Assembly (NCBI GenBank): GCA_964236955.1
Contig: CAXSGP010000049.1
Coordinates: forward strand, 1 to 34,127
Direction of reading: 5' to 3'
Length of the DNA: 34,127 nt
From: an uncultured Oligoflexus sp.
Lineage (GTDB): Bacteria > Bdellovibrionota_B > Oligoflexia > Oligoflexales > Oligoflexaceae
Shown here: positions 27,773 to 34,127 of the stretch, in pieces
Layout of the letters: each line of letters opens with the position of its first letter
How positions within the stretch are numbered: the first letter of the stretch is position 1
Translations under genes and position numbers: made by a program
The notes under the pieces: model-generated
Seen by the model: the letters and a program-made list of their open reading frames with translations, nothing else
What the model was told of the DNA's origin: nothing
Databases searched by the model: none

Positions 27773-27789
27773 TGCAATACATATGCCAA
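27773..27789 (-). promoter_or_regulatory. Sigma54 (RpoN) -24/-12 promoter
   Basis: Minus strand TTGGCATATGTATTGCA versus YTGGCACGNNNNTTGCW, with exact GG/GC spacing; 81 nt upstream of ATG 27691. Confidence 0.75.
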
Positions 27790-27902
27790 GATTTATTATT
27801 TGCCGGCATTGCGCAAGCGCTGAGAAGAACGAAGAAATGAGATAATTTTTGGACTTTTCTTGATGCCGAGAGTGCGGTCTCTGTCAAAAAACCTAACAAA
27901 CA

Positions 27903-27932
27903 CTAAGTTTCTTAAACGTTTCAGAGACTTGG
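27903..27932. promoter_or_regulatory. 30-bp imperfect palindrome, candidate activator/IHF site upstream of the sigma54 promoter
   Basis: CTAAGTTTCTTAAAC|GTTTCAGAGACTTGG, 12 of 15 positions Watson-Crick; an adjacent TGT-N11-ACA lies at 27882-27898. Confidence 0.45.
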
Positions 27933-28094
27933 TTGCTGTTGCCGCGGAGCTTGATCGGGTGTAAAACAGAAAGCGCTAAGCGTATGGATCATTCGCCCCT
28001 CTGTTTGCCTTAAATTTGGGTGAAGCTAGAGTTGAAAACAGCTGGCCTCAGCGTCTGGGCTTAGGATGAGCGGGTCTAACAGCACGAGGAAATA

Positions 28095-31000
28095 ATGAAG
28101 GCTATAGGTTCAAACGTTAACCTCCCGAAGATGGAGGAGGAAGTCCTCGAGTATTGGTCAAAGCAAAAGACCTTCAACAAATCCAATGAGCTGCGTCGGG
28201 GTAAAAAGGAATTCGCCTTCTACGATGGCCCGCCCTTTGCCAATGGGCTGCCGCACTATGGCCACCTCTTGGCCAATACGATCAAAGATACTGTGCCCCG
28301 CTACTGGAGCATGCGGGGCTACTCCGTCGAGCGCCGATTCGGCTGGGATACGCATGGGGTACCGGTGGAATATGAAGTTGAAAAAAACCAAAACCTCAAG
28401 GGTCGCCAGGATATCTTAGACCTAGGGATCGGTAAGTTTAACGAACTATGCCGGCAATCGGTCCTCCATTATGCCGAAGAATGGCAAAAAACCATCACCC
28501 GGCTGGGTCGCTGGGTGGACTGGGACAATCAGTATCGCACCATGGACCTTTCCTTTATGGAATCGGTCTGGAACGTCTTTAAGACCCTTTACGATAAGGA
28601 TCTGGTCTATCAAAGCCACAAGGTCGTCCCCTATTCACCCCGAATCACAGCTATCCTTTCCAACTTTGAAGCCAATCAAAATTATCAGGACGTTCAAGAT
28701 CCGGCGATTACTGTCAAGTTCAAGCTGCTTGATGAAAACGCTTATATCCTCGCCTGGACGACCACGCCCTGGACCCTTATTTCCAACTTGGCCCTGGCGG
28801 TCGGACCCGAGATTGAATACGTAAAGATCCGGGCGCTGGAAAATGGCGAAATTTATTATCTTGCCAAAGCCAGGCTCGAGGCGGTCTTTAAGCGCAAAAA
28901 GGGTGAAGCCGAGCCGTACGAAGTCCTCGGCGACGTGCCGGCCAGCGCTCTCGTCGGCAAGCACTACGCGCCCCTGTTCCGCTATTTTCAGCATCATAAA
29001 AATGCCTTTAGAGTCCTCGTCGATAGCTTTGTGACGACGACCGATGGAACGGGTGTCGTCCACATGGCGCCTGCTTACGGCGAAGATGACTTTCGGGTCT
29101 GCAGCGCAGCTGGCATCGACTTTGTTGATCCTTTGGACGAAGAGGCTCGCTACAAGGCTATTGTTCCCGACTATGCCGGCGTGTTTGTCAAAGACGCCGA
29201 CAAAGACATCATCAAGGCCTTGAAGGACAGTCATAATCTTCTCAGGCACGAGACCATTGTCCACAGTTACCCGATGTGTGATCGCACCAACGGGCCTTTG
29301 ATCTATCGCACCATTCCCTCGTGGTTTGTGGCCGTGGAAAAATTTAAGGATAACCTCGTTGAAAATAATGAGACGATCAACTGGGTGCCGGGCCATCTCA
29401 AGCAGGGCCGGATGGGCAATTGGTTGCGCAATGCGCGCGACTGGGCAATAAGCCGCAATCGATACTGGGGCACCCCGCTGCCGATCTACATCTGCGCCAG
29501 AGACGATGCGCACCGCCTCTGTATCGGGTCGGTAAAAGAGCTTGAAGAGCGCACGGGAGCAAAGATCACCGATTTGCATATCCATAAAATCGATCATCTC
29601 CGCTTTGAATGTCCGAGCTGTAAGGGCACGATGAAACGCGTGGCCGAGGTCTTCGACTGCTGGTTCGAGTCGGGGGCTATGCCTTACGCTCAGCTGCATT
29701 ATCCCTTCGAGAACAAAGAGCGCTTCGAAGAAATCTTTCCCGCCGATTTTATTGCCGAAGGTCAGGACCAGACTCGCGGCTGGTTCTATACGCTCGCCGT
29801 ACTGAGCTCGGCCCTCTTCAAAAAAGCCGCCTTTAAAAACGTGGTGGTCAACGGGCTGATCCTTGCAACCGATGGCAAGAAGATGTCAAAGCGCTGGAAA
29901 AACTATACCCCACCCATCGAACTTATCTCAGAGTATGGGGCGGATTCGGTGCGCCTCTACATGCTGAACTCGGCGGTCCTGCGCGGGGAAGACCTGAAGT
30001 TTAGTAACGATGGCGTCAAGGACACGACCCGCGCGGTGATCCTACCCCTATGGAACGCCTATAGCTTTTTGTCGACCTATGCTGAAGCCGATAGCTGGAA
30101 ACCCGATGAAAGTCTTGTCCTGAGCCAGGCGCCCCAGGTAAAAGGCGAGCTCGATCGCTGGATCATTTCGCGGCTGCACACACTGATGAAGGATGTGCAT
30201 AGGGAAATGGAGAACTATCATCTCTATAACGTCGTGCCCCGAGTGATAGGGTTTATCGAGGACCTCACCAACTGGTACATCCGTCTGAGCCGGCGGCGCT
30301 TTTGGGCAGACGAAAAAACCATGAATCCCGAAACTGCGGCGGCCTATCAGACTCTTTACTATGTACTTGTCGAATTCTCTAAACTCTTTGCACCGCTGGC
30401 GCCCTTTGTCGCCGAACGCATCTACCAGGGCTTGACCGAAGGCATGGCAACGGCTGCCAACCAAGTGCCCGAGTCGGTGCATTTGAGCGATATGCCGATG
30501 CCGGTCGACAGCCTGATTGATGCTGGCCTGGAGCGGCGCATGGATCTGGTGCGCAACGTGACGGAACTCGGTCGTTCGCTGCGTGCCAAGCATCAGATCA
30601 AAACGCGGCAGGTCCTGGCCAGCATGCAGGTCCTGGTCCGTAGCGAGGCCGATCGGCAGCATCTCGATCTGTCTCAGGACTTGCTGAAAAGTGAACTCAA
30701 CCTGAAAGTCGTAAGATTTTCAACGGACGAAGCCGCCCACCTCAATCTTTCCGTCAAGCCCAACCTCAAGCTCCTCGGCAAACGATTGGGCAAAGACCTG
30801 AGCCTCTTTAAGACGGAACTCGAGGCCTTGAATCAAGAACCGCTCAAGGTTGCTCAACTCATCAATCAGCTCGAGTCTGGAACCCAGGTTGAGATCATGG
30901 GCCATCGCTTTGACCTGGAAGACTTTCTTGTCGAGCGCGGACCTAAAGATGACAGTCTGATCGCCACGGCCCAGGGCGCCACGGTGCTGCTCGATACCCA

Positions 31001-31283
31001 TCTGACCGAAGACCTGATTAGGGAAGGTCTGGCGCGCGAGCTGGTCAATCGCATTCAAAACTTCAGAAAAGACAGTGGGCTGCAGGTTAGCGATAAGATC
31101 ACGATCGAGGTGCAGGCCAGCGAGAGCCTGCAAAAGGTCATTACGAATTTTAATGCCTATATCGCCGGGGAAACCCTCGGCCAATCGCTGACACTCGTCA
31201 AGGCGGGTGCTGCCAAGGCAACTTTTAGCAGTGAGTTTGAAGTGGGTGAAGAGAAGCTTACGATCGGAATATCGAAGGTTTAA
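28095..31283 (+). CDS. ileS: Isoleucine--tRNA ligase, type 2 (eukaryote-like)
   Basis: DGPPFANGLPHYGH, GWDTHG, WTTTPWT, DWAISRNRYWGTPLP, EGQDQTRGWFY, KMSKR and LTNWYIRLSRRRFW; long C-terminus with EGLARELVNRIQ and no type 1 zinc finger. Confidence 0.98.
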   Translation: MKAIGSNVNLPKMEEEVLEYWSKQKTFNKSNELRRGKKEFAFYDGPPFANGLPHYGHLLANTIKDTVPRYWSMRGYSVERRFGWDTHGVPVEYEVEKNQNLKGRQDILDLGIGKFNELCRQSVLHYAEEWQKTITRLGRWVDWDNQYRTMDLSFMESVWNVFKTLYDKDLVYQSHKVVPYSPRITAILSNFEANQNYQDVQDPAITVKFKLLDENAYILAWTTTPWTLISNLALAVGPEIEYVKIRALENGEIYYLAKARLEAVFKRKKGEAEPYEVLGDVPASALVGKHYAPLFRYFQHHKNAFRVLVDSFVTTTDGTGVVHMAPAYGEDDFRVCSAAGIDFVDPLDEEARYKAIVPDYAGVFVKDADKDIIKALKDSHNLLRHETIVHSYPMCDRTNGPLIYRTIPSWFVAVEKFKDNLVENNETINWVPGHLKQGRMGNWLRNARDWAISRNRYWGTPLPIYICARDDAHRLCIGSVKELEERTGAKITDLHIHKIDHLRFECPSCKGTMKRVAEVFDCWFESGAMPYAQLHYPFENKERFEEIFPADFIAEGQDQTRGWFYTLAVLSSALFKKAAFKNVVVNGLILATDGKKMSKRWKNYTPPIELISEYGADSVRLYMLNSAVLRGEDLKFSNDGVKDTTRAVILPLWNAYSFLSTYAEADSWKPDESLVLSQAPQVKGELDRWIISRLHTLMKDVHREMENYHLYNVVPRVIGFIEDLTNWYIRLSRRRFWADEKTMNPETAAAYQTLYYVLVEFSKLFAPLAPFVAERIYQGLTEGMATAANQVPESVHLSDMPMPVDSLIDAGLERRMDLVRNVTELGRSLRAKHQIKTRQVLASMQVLVRSEADRQHLDLSQDLLKSELNLKVVRFSTDEAAHLNLSVKPNLKLLGKRLGKDLSLFKTELEALNQEPLKVAQLINQLESGTQVEIMGHRFDLEDFLVERGPKDDSLIATAQGATVLLDTHLTEDLIREGLARELVNRIQNFRKDSGLQVSDKITIEVQASESLQKVITNFNAYIAGETLGQSLTLVKAGAAKATFSSEFEVGEEKLTIGISKV

Positions 31284-31292
31284 GTCTTGATA

Positions 31293-31352
31293 AGAGGGCT
31301 TCCTTTTCCATGCCGCCTCGTTCACAATGAGGCCTTCGGGAGGAAGCCCTCT
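31293..31352 (+). promoter_or_regulatory. Structured leader sequestering the SD of the aminopeptidase gene
   Basis: Perfect 12-bp inverted repeat AGAGGGCTTCCT/AGGAAGCCCTCT plus 3 G:U pairs and an inner hairpin GCCTCGTT-CAC-AATGAGGC; ends immediately before ATG 31353. Confidence 0.65.
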
Positions 31353-32390
31353 ATGCGTCAACTCTTGTCTCTGTCCCTCGTCTGGCTCACGACGTCCTGC
31401 TACACCGTGGAGCAGGCCTTTCGTTTTAACAATACCTTCAACAGTCGGCTTCCCCTTAAAGATATGCTGGATGATCCCCATCTTCCGACGGAAAAAAGGG
31501 CCAAACTCATCGTCGCCGTGCAGGCGATGAATTTTGCCCGCGCCCAGGGACTCAACGTCGGCGATGCCTATCGCTTCGTCATACCCGAGGCGCAAAAAGC
31601 CGTAAGTTTTTCGGTGCAGGCGGCCCAGCCCGATCGTTTGGAGCTGCTAACCTGGTGGTTTCCTTTTGCTGGCGCGGTCCCCTACCTTGGTTATTTTCAG
31701 GTGGAAAAGAGAAATGCCAAGGCTCAGGAGCTGCGTGACCAAGGCTACGATGTGAGTGAAGGCACGGTCGGGGCCTTTTCGAGTCTCGGTTGGTTTTCTG
31801 ATCCGCTGTACTTTAGCATGCTGCAAAGATCCGATGCCGATCTTACCCAGCTCCTGCTTCATGAGCTGGTGCATCGAAGTTTTTGGTCGAAGGGCTCGGC
31901 TGCTTTCAATGAAAACCTTGCCGAATTTGTCAGCCTGCATATGACCGAGATTTACCTCAAGTCCCACCACCTGGAGAAAGACTGGCTCAGTCTCGAGGAG
32001 AGCCTAAAAAGCCAGAATATCTTTCGCAGCTGGCTCCTGGCACTGAAGGCGGAGCTTACGGCCCTCTATCAAAAGAGCGAGCTGACACGCGAGCAAAAAA
32101 TCGCGAAAAAGGCCGAGATTATCAAATCCTATCAGGAGGAAAAATTTCCGCCCGAAATTATGAAAGAGTATGATCTGGCTCGCAAGAAACCCTGGAACAA
32201 TGCCAGCATTTTAGCTTCGACCCTTTATCTGCCGGATATGCAGAAGTTTAAGGCCGCCTATGCCTGCCTGCAGCCGCCCACCGCCGGCGCCTTTCTTGCA
32301 GCACTGCGGGGGTCAGAAAGTCGTGCAAAAAATGCCGACGAAGCGCTGGCCCGGATCTGTGAATGGAAACCTTCGATCGTGGCCGAATGA
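31353..32390 (+). CDS. Putative zinc aminopeptidase lipoprotein (DUF2265/Aminopep family)
   Basis: Lipobox-like LTTSC; WWFPFAGAVPYLGYF, AFSSLGWFSDP, HELVH-x10-NENLA and WNNA. Confidence 0.88.
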   Translation: MRQLLSLSLVWLTTSCYTVEQAFRFNNTFNSRLPLKDMLDDPHLPTEKRAKLIVAVQAMNFARAQGLNVGDAYRFVIPEAQKAVSFSVQAAQPDRLELLTWWFPFAGAVPYLGYFQVEKRNAKAQELRDQGYDVSEGTVGAFSSLGWFSDPLYFSMLQRSDADLTQLLLHELVHRSFWSKGSAAFNENLAEFVSLHMTEIYLKSHHLEKDWLSLEESLKSQNIFRSWLLALKAELTALYQKSELTREQKIAKKAEIIKSYQEEKFPPEIMKEYDLARKKPWNNASILASTLYLPDMQKFKAAYACLQPPTAGAFLAALRGSESRAKNADEALARICEWKPSIVAE

Positions 32391-32474
32391 AATTGCCCGG
32401 CTGGGAGGGCCGTGTTAAGGGAAGGCTCGGCGCGCGCAAGCGCCGGGTTTGGGCGAGTGGAGGGGTGAGGACCT

Positions 32475-33164
32475 ATGTGGATCGATGATCAGGTGCTGAG
32501 CGAAAGCCATCAGGACCTTTGCCTGAAAATCTGGATCCCTACCCGGCCGGTGGTTATCCTCGGCCGTAGCAACAAAGGCAGCAACGAAGCCAATCGGCTG
32601 CACTGTGAGCGCGATGGGGTTCCCATTTTTAAGCGTCTGGGTGGGGGTGGAACCGTCATCCTCCATGAGCAGTGTCTGGTGGTCAGCTGCGGACTATGGG
32701 TAAAGGATTATTATAAAAATGATCTTTATTTTAAAAACCTGAATCAGGCTTTGATCGAGCTGTTTCAAAGCCGGCTTCCTAAAGTAGAGCCGGGCTTTAG
32801 CCAGCGGGGTTTTTCCGATATCGTGCGGGGCGACAAAAAACTGGTCGGCACCTCGCTCTTTCGCAGTCGCAACTACCTGCTCTATCAGGCCTCGATTCTC
32901 GTCGAGAGCCGGGTCGATCTTATGGAAACCTATCTTCAGCATCCAAGCATCGAGCCCGACTACCGCCAGGGCCGATCGCATCGCGACTTCGTCATGGGCC
33001 TTTCAGAGCTCGCTCCGCTATCCTCCCAAGACTGGCTTATGATCGCTGAGCAGCAGCTTTCGGCTGCAATTCGGCAAGCGATGACCGGCGAACTCCTGGC
33101 CGCTGTGCCGCTCCAGGTCGCTCACGTTAAGAGCCGGATCGCCGAGGAGCGCGAACTCGATTGA
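32475..33164 (+). CDS. Lipoate-protein ligase family protein (BPL/LplA/LipB catalytic domain only)
   Basis: VILGRSN, KRLGGGGTVILH, DIVRGDKKLVG and PDYRQGRSHRDF; GAGG SD. Confidence 0.88.
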   Translation: MWIDDQVLSESHQDLCLKIWIPTRPVVILGRSNKGSNEANRLHCERDGVPIFKRLGGGGTVILHEQCLVVSCGLWVKDYYKNDLYFKNLNQALIELFQSRLPKVEPGFSQRGFSDIVRGDKKLVGTSLFRSRNYLLYQASILVESRVDLMETYLQHPSIEPDYRQGRSHRDFVMGLSELAPLSSQDWLMIAEQQLSAAIRQAMTGELLAAVPLQVAHVKSRIAEERELD

Positions 33165-34082
33165 TCAGGCTGCAATCGAAATCGTGCGACCCAAGGCGTT
33201 ACGCCGGTAGAGTTCATAGACGAAGCTCGTGTTCAAAACGATGAATGCCATCACCACAAACGCAAATCCCAGCACCGACAAAGCTTCGGTCAAGTAGATG
33301 AGTTTGCCAAAGGGAAAGGCCGCACTGGGCTCAAAAAACACGGCTCGACTCAGATTCAAGTGGATATCGATGGCGCTCAGATAGGCGCTGGCCCAATCCA
33401 CCAGGGCCGCTGCATTCAACGCCAAAAGCTGAAAGGTCAGTAGCAAAAAAAAGACTGACCACTTGCTTGGGCCTGCAAAGAGAACGTAGTCAAGAAAAAG
33501 AGCGCGCCGAAAAGCCTGCAGGGGGCGTTGGCGATCGAGGACCATCAGGGTTGGCAAGGCTGAGAGGAGGACCGCCGCCACCATCGCCAGAAAGCGAATC
33601 ATCTGCGGGGGAAAGATTTGGATCGAAAGATTGAGGAGCAGCAATGCAAAGAGGGCCCCTCCCAGAAGAAAAGCCAGACCCTTGGGAAAAAGACCCTGCA
33701 CGCCCGCTTTGAAGGCAGCGGCTAGGTGGACGGGCTCCGAGCGCGCATACTGTAGACAAAGCGCAATGGCGGTGAAACAGCCAACCATAAAGAGAACGGC
33801 AACCACCCAGGCGACACTCGCATAGTGCACAGCTGCGTCTTTCAAAACGTTCAGGGCATTTTCAAATGATATCAATTGCTTAATTTCAAATGCCTGGGTG
33901 AGTTCGTGACTCTTTTTACTGCTAACATAAAAGAGCAGGTACTGGGGTATGGACATGCAAACGAGGCTGATATAAACCAACTGTGGCCAAATGGCCTTCA
34001 GGGTTTGCCAGGCTCTCTGCCATGGAAAAATGTTGTCCACTATGATTTTCTTTTTCGAGCTGGATAGCCCTGAGTTCTCCAT
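33165..34082 (-). CDS. Hypothetical polytopic membrane protein
   Basis: About 6 hydrophobic segments and a P-x-x-A-F-x-x-A pattern; no family securely recognised; start at ATG 34082 or TTG 34094. Confidence 0.75.
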   Translation of the reverse strand: MENSGLSSSKKKIIVDNIFPWQRAWQTLKAIWPQLVYISLVCMSIPQYLLFYVSSKKSHELTQAFEIKQLISFENALNVLKDAAVHYASVAWVVAVLFMVGCFTAIALCLQYARSEPVHLAAAFKAGVQGLFPKGLAFLLGGALFALLLLNLSIQIFPPQMIRFLAMVAAVLLSALPTLMVLDRQRPLQAFRRALFLDYVLFAGPSKWSVFFLLLTFQLLALNAAALVDWASAYLSAIDIHLNLSRAVFFEPSAAFPFGKLIYLTEALSVLGFAFVVMAFIVLNTSFVYELYRRNALGRTISIAA

Positions 34083-34127
34083 TGACTGTCCCAATATGAG
34101 CAGAAGATATGTCGACGCTAAGCTCTC

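Noticed and set aside
27933..28094. T-box riboswitch upstream of ileS
   Set aside because: No T-box consensus (AGGGTGGNACCGCG) or terminator is seen; only a weak sigma70-like TTGCCT-N16-TAGAGT at 28005-28032.
28635..31595. Long antisense ORFs opposite ileS (354, 204 and 291 aa), and similar ones opposite purF, secA, the HD-GYP gene and fadJ
   Set aside because: They are shadow frames of well-conserved genes, expected from codon bias, and have no recognisable motifs.
1..34127. CRISPR arrays, tRNA/rRNA genes, IS elements, prophage, defence systems or an alternative genetic code
   Set aside because: No regularly spaced repeats, cloverleafs, transposase, integrase or phage motifs were seen, and all three stop codons end ordinary genes.

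Overview
A gene-dense, mostly housekeeping bacterial window (GC just over 50% by eye) with no rRNA, tRNA, CRISPR array, prophage or transposase seen. Gene content suggests Bdellovibrionota/Oligoflexia or a related former deltaproteobacterium (inference only). Order: sdhA 3' end-sdhB-purS-purQ-purL-purF-DUF5522-like (+); rph, tail-anchored protein, secA, M23 peptidase, PP2C phosphatase, NAD-type IDH, Nudix, RNase J (-); a divergent Agl-Glt/TolQR-type motor module (TolQ/AglR-like, two ExbD/AglQ-AglS-like, GltG-like TonB-C protein) preceded by an FHA-GAF-HD-GYP phosphodiesterase (-) and a divergent GltF/CglF-like secreted protein (+); PAP2 (+); a 108-nt palindromic element; fadJ, fadI, PilZ and a sigma54-preceded unknown protein (-); type 2 ileS, lipoprotein aminopeptidase, LplA-like ligase (+); a membrane protein (-). 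The best candidate for an undescribed system is 15737-21376. Both ExbD-like subunits there lack the proton-binding transmembrane Asp, and back-to-back sigma28-like promoters drive the phosphothreonine-sensing c-di-GMP phosphodiesterase and the GltF-like gene. Other notable items are an SD-sequestering hairpin after ileS, a terminator inside purSQL, a coupled rnj-Nudix pair and an in-frame TAA in sdhA at the window edge. All family calls come from motif recognition by eye, with no database searches.
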